DNA of 64,000 bases. Origin: Cyanidioschyzon merolae. Taxonomy: Eukaryota. Positions within the stretch are counted from its first letter, which is position 1. Every line of letters starts with the position of its first letter. The position numbers were made by a program, and so were the translations under genes. The stretch is from the NCBI GenBank assembly GCA_000091205.1, contig AP006499.2, one strand, 5' to 3'. The notes beneath the pieces are model-generated. The model worked only from the letters and a program-made list of their open reading frames with translations, had not been told where the DNA came from and did no database searches. Positions 34,027 through 43,632 of the stretch are shown piece by piece.

Positions 34027-34183
34027 GTATCGACTCCGGCGTCCTTTACGGCATCATGAAAGAGATCTGTCGGAGTTCAGTGTCAGCAGGGAGGAATTCA
34101 CCGGCGAAAACCGGGAGACGTACTGGAGGATTAACTTCAATTTCAAACGTCTGGAAGCGAGCAAACAGCAGGTATTCACTGGA

Positions 34184-35473
34184 ATGATCGAAACCGATGG
34201 AGTAGCCTTGCGTGTACACTATCGGCGGTTGAAGAAAGATCGTCCAGTTCCGCCCTCGGCGAACCATGAAGATGAGAAGGAGGCGGATCCTGTGACGCAG
34301 GAGGTGGAGGATAACGACTTTATGGTTGGCGCGGCGAAGCATAAAGATGGGAAGGAGGCGGGTCCTGCGACGCAGGAGGTGGAGGATAACGACCTTGTCG
34401 TTGACGTAACGAAGGATGAAGATAAGAAGGAGGCGGATCCTGCGATGCAGGAGGTGGAGGATAGCCACATTGTCGTTAGCGCTACGAAGCATGAAGAAAA
34501 GAAGGAGGCGGGTCTTGAGACGCAGAAAGTGCATGATGACGACTTTGTCGTTGGCGCTGACCCCAGAAACACAAATATCATCACCATCGCAGCACCGAAG
34601 CGCGCAGAAGATAGTACTGACGGTAACTTGCGTCAGAAAGACATGCGTCTGCTGAGGTTCTCGAGAGCGAGATACGGCCGAGAATCGGGAATCATGAATG
34701 CAAGGAACAAAATCGAGACTTGGAATACAGGAATGAAGGATCTCCTGGAAGCTATGAGCAAGGTGACGAGCCGAGGAGCGGACTTTCATGCTTTTCGGGA
34801 GTTTATGCAAGTTCGTGTTGCTCATTGGGATGCACTGTGGGAGGAGTATACAAAGCCCCGGTGGGCTCGGTTGCGTATGAATTTGTACAGTGGGAAGCAG
34901 CGGGAGTTCGCGATCTTTTTCAATCACTTGAGTGCCCTCAAAGAGGACAAGACTCAAAGGCTCGTAGTAGCATACGGAGCAGGGCGCTGGGCGCCCAAGA
35001 AAGGTACTACGCCAGCTCCAACGACGAGGATGTACAAGTCGTGTGCACGGCGTTTTCTTACAATACCTGTAGATGAGTTTCGAATGTCCTACACACACCT
35101 CGAGCTGGTTTGTACACTTCAGAGGGTCGAGATGGAAAAGTGCCAGCCGAGCCCTGAGGAAATAGCAAAGTACGGACCGCTGACGGAGGAGCAAATGGAA
35201 AGGAGAGCGAAATTTCGTGGACTACTGGCACTGGTGAGTACAACTCCCAACGGCACGAATCGTATGGAGTTTGTTAACCGAGACTTTAACGCCGCTCTCA
35301 ATATAAGGAAATGTGCGGTGCTGGAGACGAGACCTCCAGAGTGGACAAGAGGGAACTTTTTTGGACAACCTCTTCAAGTTCAGTTATATGAGAAGAAGTT
35401 GGAAGCAGCAGTAGGTGGCCGGTCGAAAGAAACTGGAAGGCGTCTGTACGTCAGTTGGAGACTTCTTGGCTAG
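34184..35473 (+). CDS. TnpB/Fanzor-like RuvC nuclease core (429 codons; probable upstream exon 33972-34022 starting MGKRFNVVPMCNIKSHF)
   Basis: RuvC-I is …[23 protein letters not shown] (Asp at 34559-34561). RuvC-III is …[14 protein letters not shown] (35276-35305), exactly the TnpB/Cas12 pattern. A candidate relocated catalytic Glu lies in …[18 protein letters not shown]…, since the canonical RuvC-II position reads VVAYGAGRW. The stop falls 43 bp before the element right end. Note that the ORF-track Met at 34184 is an alternative (TTG) start; the real start is probably upstream. Confidence 0.6.
   Translation: MIETDGVALRVHYRRLKKDRPVPPSANHEDEKEADPVTQEVEDNDFMVGAAKHKDGKEAGPATQEVEDNDLVVDVTKDEDKKEADPAMQEVEDSHIVVSATKHEEKKEAGLETQKVHDDDFVVGADPRNTNIITIAAPKRAEDSTDGNLRQKDMRLLRFSRARYGRESGIMNARNKIETWNTGMKDLLEAMSKVTSRGADFHAFREFMQVRVAHWDALWEEYTKPRWARLRMNLYSGKQREFAIFFNHLSALKEDKTQRLVVAYGAGRWAPKKGTTPAPTTRMYKSCARRFLTIPVDEFRMSYTHLELVCTLQRVEMEKCQPSPEEIAKYGPLTEEQMERRAKFRGLLALVSTTPNGTNRMEFVNRDFNAALNIRKCAVLETRPPEWTRGNFFGQPLQVQLYEKKLEAAVGGRSKETGRRLYVSWRLLG
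34280..34579 (+). repeat. 75-bp in-frame tandem repeat x4 inside the Fanzor-like ORF; the last unit encodes the genuine RuvC-I motif
   Basis: Units begin at 34280, 34355, 34430 and 34505 (gaggcgg(a/g)tcctg(t/c)gacgcaggaggtggaggataacgac…). They encode [75 protein letters not shown] and [25 protein letters not shown]. Copy C has 2 units and copy A has 1. Confidence 0.8.
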
Positions 35474-35516
35474 GGCACGGTTGCCGCCACTACTGTACAC
35501 CGCTGGCGTCGTTCGA
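35330..35516 (+). ncRNA. Candidate omegaRNA (guide-RNA scaffold) region overlapping the 3' end of the Fanzor-like ORF and the element right end
   Basis: This segment is about as conserved at nucleotide level as the rest of the element across all three diverged copies (A 3150-3316; C 55518-55690, minus strand), through and beyond the ORF stop, to …ccactactgtacac(c/g)(g/a)ctggcg at the boundary. In TnpB and Fanzor systems the omegaRNA occupies this position. No expression data are available. Confidence 0.3.
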
Positions 35517-35534
35517 CTTTCGAACGGCGTTCGG

Positions 35535-37271
35535 ATGCGGCGGACTCTTCGGCAGTTTTCGCTCACCATGACACAGGTAGTCAAGAGAAGTGATGCGGAA
35601 ACCGAGTCCTCGTTGGGCGCATACGAGCGCGAGCGACTCGCGCGGATGGAACGGAATCGTATGCTCATGGAAAAGCTGGGTGTCACCTCACTTTCGAACC
35701 GGCTCGAGACGATCACGACTGTTCGGGAGCAAGCCCTCAAACCCATAGGTTACTCGAAACGCACGCCAAAGGCGGAGAAAAGGGCGCGCAATTCTGAAAA
35801 CGAAGTAGACCGTGGAGAGCTGGAGCCACGGCGTCGTTCGCTTCGTGTGCGGGGAATCGCCCCGGCCGGAGCTGGAACATCAGCAGAGGAACCGAAAAAT
35901 AGCCAGCTACAGCTGAAGGAAGAGGAAACATCAAGAGGTCCGTTTTTGGAAGACCAGACGTTCGCAGAGGTTGCCCTAGAAAACTATGGTGCCACTAGCG
36001 AAAGCTCCATGGTCAACGACGACTACGACCGCAGCGACGTAGACGACGTCGATGGTAACAAAGACGACGGAGACCAGAAGAGCTTGTGTACGCGGCGCGC
36101 CAGGTTGTTCCAGCGAGCCTGGTGCGGTGCAATGGCATGCACTTCCTTGTCGACAAGTGAGCATCTCGCGAAGGATCCAAGCCGTTTTCACCGCTGGGTG
36201 CTGGACGAGGCCTCGGGCTTCTTCAAGCTTGTTCCAGCACGTATTTATTCCGCAACCATGCATCCGCGTCTCGATGCATGGACCATGATGGTTGGCGACA
36301 AGGCAGGTCATGTGGGCCTTGCTGTTGTACCACGGGAACGCGTCGCAGAACATGCTGTTCAGGTGCTGTGTATGCGAGTTCACCGCGACACAACCGCTGG
36401 CATGGCACCACGTGCGGGTTCCGCCAACTCCCAACAGCTGCTAACAGTGTCCTACGACGGCAGTGCGCGCTTGCTAGATATCGAAAAACAAACAATTCAG
36501 ACAGTCCTCGTCGATGAGCGAGAACGAATTTTCAAGAGCATAGCGCTCAGTACAGAGAACGACAACGTCTTTTGGACCACTGCCAGCCATCGCTCACTTG
36601 GTGGATTCCTGGTTCGCCACGACCTTCGACAGAGCCAGAAATCGTTCGATGCTTTCGGTATCTCTGACAGCAGAGTCTACTCTGTTAGTTTACAGCATCA
36701 GGGCGCTGCAGGAGCAGTCCCCGGCCATGACGGTCTGCTGGCGGTCACGACGGCGCGAGATGGTGTTCTCATTTTTGATCAGCGTCGAATCGAGACTGGC
36801 GCTACTCGCCGATCAACATCAAAACCGCTTTTTGCTCTACCACACGAGCGCGCAACAACTGCAGCAACTTGGTCTCCGTCGGCGACGCGGCTGCTGACCA
36901 CCTGCTACGATGACTTGCTACGCATATGGCATTACGACGGCAGCGAGTGCTCGCTCGAACACCGCTTTGTACACAACAATCACACCGGTCGATGGGTTAC
37001 GCCTTTTGAGGCATGCTGGGACCCAGCTACGGACCACAAGATTTTTGCGTGTGGATCCATGAATCATAACCCGGTCCATGGCGTGGACCTCTTCCACGTG
37101 GAGCTCAACAAACGATCAGTCTGGAATCGGTTGACTGGCGAGCCCATGACGGCGATTGCGGCTGTCCTGGCCTGGCACCCGGCAGGGCATGCGCTCATAG
37201 GCGGGACTGCATCAGGCAGGGTATATCTATGGGGCGAAGCTCACGGATCTGAGGGCGTCCTCGCAGCGTGA
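35535..37271 (+). CDS. WD40-repeat protein, WDR76/CMR1-like (DNA-damage-associated)
   Basis: N-terminal motif LGAYERERLARMERNRMLMEKLGV resembles the conserved WDR76/Cmr1 N-terminal motif, followed by WD40-like repeats (…VSYDGSARLLDIEKQ…, …LTTCYDDLLRIWHYDG…). The first ATG outside the element is at 35535; 35568 is also possible. Confidence 0.55.
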   Translation: MRRTLRQFSLTMTQVVKRSDAETESSLGAYERERLARMERNRMLMEKLGVTSLSNRLETITTVREQALKPIGYSKRTPKAEKRARNSENEVDRGELEPRRRSLRVRGIAPAGAGTSAEEPKNSQLQLKEEETSRGPFLEDQTFAEVALENYGATSESSMVNDDYDRSDVDDVDGNKDDGDQKSLCTRRARLFQRAWCGAMACTSLSTSEHLAKDPSRFHRWVLDEASGFFKLVPARIYSATMHPRLDAWTMMVGDKAGHVGLAVVPRERVAEHAVQVLCMRVHRDTTAGMAPRAGSANSQQLLTVSYDGSARLLDIEKQTIQTVLVDERERIFKSIALSTENDNVFWTTASHRSLGGFLVRHDLRQSQKSFDAFGISDSRVYSVSLQHQGAAGAVPGHDGLLAVTTARDGVLIFDQRRIETGATRRSTSKPLFALPHERATTAATWSPSATRLLTTCYDDLLRIWHYDGSECSLEHRFVHNNHTGRWVTPFEACWDPATDHKIFACGSMNHNPVHGVDLFHVELNKRSVWNRLTGEPMTAIAAVLAWHPAGHALIGGTASGRVYLWGEAHGSEGVLAA

Positions 37272-37480
37272 TTAGATCCACACGGTCGAGAATTCTAGAG
37301 CGAAACCACAGATCGCTTTGTAAGGATTCGCAGCGAGTACTCGGCCGCGACGACGATATCGAGAAAGAAAAGGGTAACAGCACGGCACTGGAATGACGTT
37401 GGCATGCGTTATGCCACGAATGACAGCACCAGTCGACAATGAGATGTTTGTCTGCTCGAGCGTTGGCGAAGAGAGAGACT

Positions 37481-37509
37481 TGATGATGATGATGATGATG
37501 ATGATGACG
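37481..37509. repeat. (gat)9 trinucleotide microsatellite
   Basis: tgatgatgatgatgatgatgatgatgac. Confidence 0.85.
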
Positions 37510-38965
37510 GGCCTGGGTCCTGAGCTGAAGAGCATCGTTGCCACCGCCGAATCTCTAAGTAAAAAAGGGCACAGCCGAAGACTTCAACAAGAACGCAGAT
37601 GCTGCTGCTCAACTTTTCCAGTGCTCGGTATCATCGACACTCGGGTATCATGGACGCCAGGAGGCATACCATCAAGAGGAATAGAGACGTCAGGTCCCAT
37701 TCCGACGCTCCGAACACCGTATCGAGCAGAGGATGGCGCTGTGTTCGCTTCATTGAGAGCGCTTCTGTATGCGTCCAAATCGCATATGCAGACGATTTAA
37801 GGCAGAAGTACATGAGATCCTGGTGCGGTTAGCAACGGTTGCAGTTTTATGGAGCCAAGAGGCGTAAATTCACCAACTTATTGAAAAGGGCATCTTAAGA
37901 AATGACCTACGATTCGCGTCGTTCGCTGGTATCCTATACCGTTGGACGCGCTATGCCAAGCCAAACCTGCACTGCTGTTCCTTCGAAGAGCACGTCTAGT
38001 GAGTGCAGGGATCGATGCAGCACGATTTCCATCCATGCGTTCAGTGCGAGACGGACGCCTCGCGAGCGAGGGTGCAGCTCGAAACATAGAGAGAAAAAGA
38101 ACGCGGAATAGAAAAGGATGCACGAGATCGTATACAGTATGCTGACGAAACGGCCATTTGCGCGGAAATCGCAAGTCAGCGACTTGCTATGATGTGATTC
38201 CATCGGCAAACACGTACACAAGCAGTTCCTGCACCCAGGCATCAAGGACTCGATCTCCATACGGGTGTGTCTCGTGCATCGGGAGGGTCCACGGGCTTTA
38301 TGCTGAGCGGAATTTCGAGAGAATGATGTAACATGCAGTATGGGTATTGTGCTGAATCGCCCAATAACTGCGATGATGAAACAAATCAATGGCGAGGAGA
38401 AATGGGATTTGATTCTGAACTGCAGCGAGGCACCGGTTTGGTGCGCTTCAGTAACCGAGAAAGTCTGCGTCCCTAAAGGAATACATCGGGGAGAAAGTTC
38501 CGGTAAAGCTGGTGAGCAATAATGGTGCTCCATAATTCGATATTCAGAGTTCTGCGAAAATGATCACAGCATACGACTTGGTTGAATATACGCACCGAAG
38601 ATGTGCAGCTGCCGCGATGTCAGCAATGTATCCTTCTGTGGCAAATCGCCAGGTCAGCGCCCAAGCTGCTTTTCAACGTGTTCCTGACTCGACAAATCAA
38701 TCACGAATCAAGTAGGCGGTTCTCTGTGGTCGTATCCATGAACTGAAGACAGTGAAACGCTCAAACAGCGACGATTTTGAGGACGATGATAGCTACTACA
38801 GCCTCGACGCCTCGCGGCATGAGATGCGGACGCAATCGAGCGAAGCAAACTTCTTCAGCGCTGTTCATCCAGCCATGGGAAGAGCGCCAGCCAGCGGCTT
38901 ACTCAACTGCGAAAGCGATCCGAGGATGTATCGCGCAGCCCGCCGACGTGACGCCTCAACAGACG

Positions 38966-40357
38966 TCACGTCGGAAGTTCGCTGACCACGGACTGCAGAC
39001 CCCAGTGCATGCGAATGGTATCACGAATCCAAGTGCGTCGAGCCTTCTCGATACGTTCCATGAAACGCGCACCATAGGTTCGTCTAAGCCTACTCCGGGC
39101 GATCCAGCGAGAGAACTCTGGCAAGGTCAATGGTGCTTTGCTCGTTAGACGACCACGCTTCCTGGTCGGCGATAACGGACCAGGATCTACGCCTGGAGAA
39201 CCTGTCGCCGCTGCATACTCTTGTTCGCGTCGTCTCCACTCCTTCGCTAGCAAATGTACGTCCGCAATTACTTCGGGTGCTTTGGCTCGAGCGAGAATCA
39301 ATGGCCCATATTCCGATACAAATGCAAAGTAGAGGGCAGGATCTGCTAGCGCGCGACGCTCCTGCTCCAAAACCATAGTGTAATGTGCGATCACGAACGC
39401 GTCGCTCTCGTCGTAGCCAATCGAGTCACTGGTAAGCTCCACAGACCCACGTGTATCGTGCCCGGCAGCTTGTGCGTCTGGCAACGCTACACCGGGCGAC
39501 AGCGGCCTGCTGGAACGTTCGAGCCAGGGTCGTACACGTTCGAGCACCACCGCCTTGACGGAGTGCTCATCGGAAGCAGCGTCCGAGTACAGGGCACGCC
39601 CGGTGAGTCCGAACCATCCTCGGGCTTCGGATGGATGGATGCTCAGCGGTTCGTGCACACAACCCAGCCGTCGACTCATTTCGTAGGCAATGAGCGTGTT
39701 CAGTTCGGCAAGCCGGAAGAGGCTGTTGGTGCGAAAACGACCGGGGGTGTAACAGCGCATGTAGGCCTCCACACCGATCACAAACGGGCAGCCAGCTGTG
39801 TCTTCCTGTTGCAGACGCTCGTGGGCAGCAGCAACAGGAGCCGCTGCTGATACCTGATCGCATATCTGCGCCACCTTCGCGTAGGTGCCAGTTGTGCGCG
39901 TTGTCGAAACCTGCCCAAGAGCTATCAAGTGGTTTATCTGCGATGCAGAAGACACGTACGCGTAGCCGGTATTCTGGGTGCTGATGTCCAGCCCGAGCGC
40001 CACAAACGGCACTCGCAGCAACGCCTCCAAACGAGCAGCTGCCTCGCAGCTCTCGCCAGCACTGCACTCGCTCCAAGCGCTCGTCGTCGAAGAGTCTTTC
40101 TCGACCTCTGTCAGACCGCAGCTCCCAAAACTTCGCCCTTTCTTGAGCACACCAGGAAATATTTGTTTCTGCTTTAGATCGGAAAGTGCAAGAGCGGCTG
40201 CAGGCAGCGTCGCTCGCGACTCGAGATCACCCCAGAGGCCACAGCGCGAAACTCGCAACGCATGTAAAGCTCGTAATCGACACCTGGAACCTATTTTGTT
40301 GCATGCTTGAGCCAAGGAGCATTTCTGACAATTTCCACGAGGGATCACGACCCACAT
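38966..40357 (-). CDS. Putative RNase H-fold Holliday-junction-resolvase-like protein (Ydc2/CCE1-type), tentative
   Basis: …PFVALGLDISTQNTGYAYVSS… fits the h-h-D-h-G-x-x-N-h-a-a catalytic start of RuvC/YqgF/Ydc2-type nucleases. A later acidic segment (SDAFVIAHY) is present. Otherwise unrecognised. The 463-codon ORF has an Ala/Arg-rich N-terminus (possible mitochondrial targeting). Confidence 0.35.
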   Translation of the reverse strand: MWVVIPRGNCQKCSLAQACNKIGSRCRLRALHALRVSRCGLWGDLESRATLPAAALALSDLKQKQIFPGVLKKGRSFGSCGLTEVEKDSSTTSAWSECSAGESCEAAARLEALLRVPFVALGLDISTQNTGYAYVSSASQINHLIALGQVSTTRTTGTYAKVAQICDQVSAAAPVAAAHERLQQEDTAGCPFVIGVEAYMRCYTPGRFRTNSLFRLAELNTLIAYEMSRRLGCVHEPLSIHPSEARGWFGLTGRALYSDAASDEHSVKAVVLERVRPWLERSSRPLSPGVALPDAQAAGHDTRGSVELTSDSIGYDESDAFVIAHYTMVLEQERRALADPALYFAFVSEYGPLILARAKAPEVIADVHLLAKEWRRREQEYAAATGSPGVDPGPLSPTRKRGRLTSKAPLTLPEFSRWIARSRLRRTYGARFMERIEKARRTWIRDTIRMHWGLQSVVSELPT

Positions 40358-41088
40358 GACGCGATAGGCGAAAACCTGCTCCTACTACACTCGGCAAGCA
40401 GGGACTTGGGGCCGCCTCACAGCTTCCCGCGTGCCGCTGCATGCGGGAGCGCACGCGAGGTTTGGCGCCACATCGCCATGGTGTTGCTGTAGAAGCTGTA
40501 TAAAAAGGACATCCCCCCACGCGTGCCACTGCATGCTCGTTTCCGTGCTGCCTTGCATGCCTCCCTCATTCCCTAGAAAGCATTTCCAGTAGAGGCTGTG
40601 CGAGTCGCGGATGCAACTCGTGATCGTCTCTCAGCCTGCTTACTCTGGGCACTGGGTGTCACGGAAGCACATCCCAGGCCGAGGATGCGAACTCGACTCG
40701 ATGTACACCGTGTGTCATGACAGCAGCACGAGCGGCAGTGCGTGCCTTTGCGAACAGATCCCCAGCAAGGCGCTGCATGCAACCAGGTTTTCAGTGCTCA
40801 GTCATCGATAGGTCGATACTGAAGCGTTCAAAGCCTAAGTGGACGTGTTTTACCGTAGGAACAGTTCGGAGCAGCGTACAAGTGGCGGGAGGCCTTTCAT
40901 CGGCGCCCATTGGAACCGTGCGCACCTCGTGAGCGCTCTCTGGAGCCTTGCACACCACTGGGGAGCTCAGGAGCTGCAGTCCAGCACGGTGTTGTGCCAG
41001 TTCTGCTGCACGATAGCAGCAGCGGCGGCGTTGACAGCGCCCTGCAGTTGGAGCATACGAAACGGCGGACATCTGTCAACGATGCACT

Positions 41089-43365
41089 CTATGCCCTGTC
41101 AGCACTCAAGCGGGTGCGTGCTAGTGTTTCCTCCAGCAGCGCGATGAGTCGATCGATGTCGATCATCTTCTGGGATCCAGAGCAGGCAAAGTCGCGCTCC
41201 TCGAAACCTGCAATGCACGCATCCGTTTTTGGCTCTGTGCTGGAAGCTTGGGATTGCAGAGCATTCCTCACGTGCATCTGAATCTGCAACTCAAGCGCGT
41301 CCAGCAGCTGAAGACACGTGGTAACCTGGCCTTGCGCAAGAACATGCCCCCCGGCAGGCAGGCTGTTGCGAATGCGAGCTGCAACTTCCCTGAGAAGGGC
41401 TCCGAACGTACGCTGCGTACCTGGAAGGGTCAGACCAGACTCGGGCGGGTGAATGCGCGGACGCAGTACGAGCAAGGCCAAGTCCGGCTCAACAATGGCT
41501 TCTACTGCAACGTGTTCCGAATGAACGACCCTGCCGTCATCGCGTAGCCGGCGCCACCAGTGACAAAGGTTCCGCTCTGCGTAGCGAGCTCCCGGCGGGT
41601 ACACAACGACCATTTCGAAAACCGTATCTGGCGGTGCGAACCTGTCCGAGTGCGATGCCCCGTCGCTGTGCGTCTTGTCGTGGTCCAGCATGGTCTCTGG
41701 AACACGTATGGATTGAACGCTATGGCAACGAACAGTTGGTACGTCAGAGACGAGGCCGCATATGATGAGATGTCCACTGACCTGGTGCGCTGGTGCGGCA
41801 ACGCTAAAAAGATGGTCCACGCTAGCCGGGCCTACCGCTGGAGTGTAACACCGAACAAAAGCGTCCAGATTGCGCTGTGGTGTGCTGAGAACCAGCCGAA
41901 GGCGACGCGAATTCGCAAGCGCCGTCAGTGGCTCACGAGCATCCCGCCAATCTCTCACGACAAGCAACGCATGCCACCAGTCCAGCGACCAGAGCAGCTT
42001 CTGCCGGAGAATATCCACACATGGTATTTTTCGATAGCGCGGTGACGTAGCGCCTGGACGCTCACCATCGCGAGACTCAGCTGCTTCCTCAGTGAGCGTC
42101 CGTGGGGATGCGCGCGGCCTCTTCGCCATCGAGGCAGTACCCGAGACCGTGCATGGTGCTCGCTCCGAGTCCAGCATGATATCCGTAACATCGGACTGCT
42201 CCGCATTCATCGACGCTGATGACGCATCGATAACTCGTGTTTCATGGAACATATCTAGCTCCGAAGCGGGGCACATCGGTATCATCTGTGCAGTCTCGGG
42301 AATGGAGTCGCACTGGCCAGGCGCATGCCCATCCGGCATGGTCGCGGTCGAGTCCAACGTGCTGCTGCTGTCGATATCCAGCGCTGCTCGCATTCGCTCC
42401 ATTTCTCTGCGATCCATGGTGGCAACCCATGCAGCTGCACGCCGTGCGACTGCTTCTTTGAGCATAAGCGAACGCTTGGAATCTATCCAAGCTTCGATTT
42501 CTGCCTCTAGACGATGCTGTAGCTGTTGCAGGAACACGCCAGCACCGGAGCCATTCTCCTGCGAAGCCGCTCGCCGTGCCGGGGTTTCCAACGCAGCCGC
42601 AGCCTCTGATGGTGCCAGACCGCGCTCATGTGCGTCGACGTCTGCATCGCCGGACTCGTGTACTCCTGGTTCCAAGTGAGCTGCGCGTGTACGTTGCTGC
42701 TGTTGCGGTTGCTGGAGTGAGCGCTTTGTTCCAGATCCGACTATCCCAGCGTGCGCGACGAAGAGCGCACCCTCCACAACAACTCGGTAGTTCCAGCTCT
42801 TTGCACCTGTAGCTGGCGTCCGAATCACCTGAATACACGAAGACACTAGCAGGCTATCCGAAGTGGTCGCTTGCACGCGCCACAGTGGCGATACTTTCGA
42901 GGCAGCGACGTACGTCGTTCGCTGCAAGTGCTCCCCTTCAAACGCGTCGTCGTCCGTGAACGGCAGCAAGATCCAGCACGTCTGACCTTCGTCGGTCGAG
43001 ACCTGTACTCCGTGACGGTAGAGGCCGCACCAGCGCACCCAGCCAGCGCTGAGCAGGCAGTGCACACCAACGGCATGTGCGCAAGGTGCGGAGCTCGCGC
43101 TTCCGTTCGCTGTCGCTTCAGAGAAACTCAAAAGCGCGCTTTCCTCCAGTGCAACTCCGTCAGCCTCTTTCTGTTGTCTATTCAAAACTGCACGATCAAA
43201 CCGTTCATCACGCTCGTCGGTCGTCGACAGATGAACCACGACGTAGTGCAGCGCGAGCCTAGCGGACACCCCGTTCTCTATGCAGGGCAGACTCGCGACC
43301 CAAACGACGACTTGTTGCGGATTGGCAGTGATGCACGGTTGCACAACTGCAACCCAAGCGGTCAT
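41089..43365 (-). CDS. Hypothetical protein (758 aa), no recognised domain
   Basis: Long ORF between recognised genes, with a polyQ stretch (QQPQQQQ). Coding status is plausible but unverified. Confidence 0.35.
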   Translation of the reverse strand: MTAWVAVVQPCITANPQQVVVWVASLPCIENGVSARLALHYVVVHLSTTDERDERFDRAVLNRQQKEADGVALEESALLSFSEATANGSASSAPCAHAVGVHCLLSAGWVRWCGLYRHGVQVSTDEGQTCWILLPFTDDDAFEGEHLQRTTYVAASKVSPLWRVQATTSDSLLVSSCIQVIRTPATGAKSWNYRVVVEGALFVAHAGIVGSGTKRSLQQPQQQQRTRAAHLEPGVHESGDADVDAHERGLAPSEAAAALETPARRAASQENGSGAGVFLQQLQHRLEAEIEAWIDSKRSLMLKEAVARRAAAWVATMDRREMERMRAALDIDSSSTLDSTATMPDGHAPGQCDSIPETAQMIPMCPASELDMFHETRVIDASSASMNAEQSDVTDIMLDSERAPCTVSGTASMAKRPRASPRTLTEEAAESRDGERPGATSPRYRKIPCVDILRQKLLWSLDWWHALLVVRDWRDAREPLTALANSRRLRLVLSTPQRNLDAFVRCYTPAVGPASVDHLFSVAAPAHQVSGHLIICGLVSDVPTVRCHSVQSIRVPETMLDHDKTHSDGASHSDRFAPPDTVFEMVVVYPPGARYAERNLCHWWRRLRDDGRVVHSEHVAVEAIVEPDLALLVLRPRIHPPESGLTLPGTQRTFGALLREVAARIRNSLPAGGHVLAQGQVTTCLQLLDALELQIQMHVRNALQSQASSTEPKTDACIAGFEERDFACSGSQKMIDIDRLIALLEETLARTRLSADRA

Positions 43366-43632
43366 TCAAGCGGACACCGCAGCACGCAACTCCAGCGCCC
43401 TATCGTGTCCCATACAAGGGGCAGGAAGCCAGCGCGGCCCTCATTGGGCGCCAAACACCAAGTACGATACAGTATATGTGGACGTTGCAGAGCCGCGCAA
43501 GGCATCGCTTTTGTTCGGAGCTGGCGTCCGCACGCTGGAGGCCGAGCGACCGGGTTCCCTGCACCGGTTCAAAAACCCAAGGTTGCAGAGCAGCAGGCTG
43601 TTCCGAACCAGTAGTGCACCCTACCAGGGGTC

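Larger units (their letters stand above)
32840..35516 (+). mobile_element. Fanzor/TnpB-like element, copy B (best preserved; ~2.7 kb)
   Basis: Left end …acg|cgcgtgtcgccgttgttgaagggaaacgcg… and right end …ccactactgtacaccgctggcgtcgttcga are shared with copies A and C. It carries the N-terminal ORF, a GTGAGT site, a 75-bp repeat array and the intact 429-aa TnpB/Fanzor-like ORF. Confidence 0.65.
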
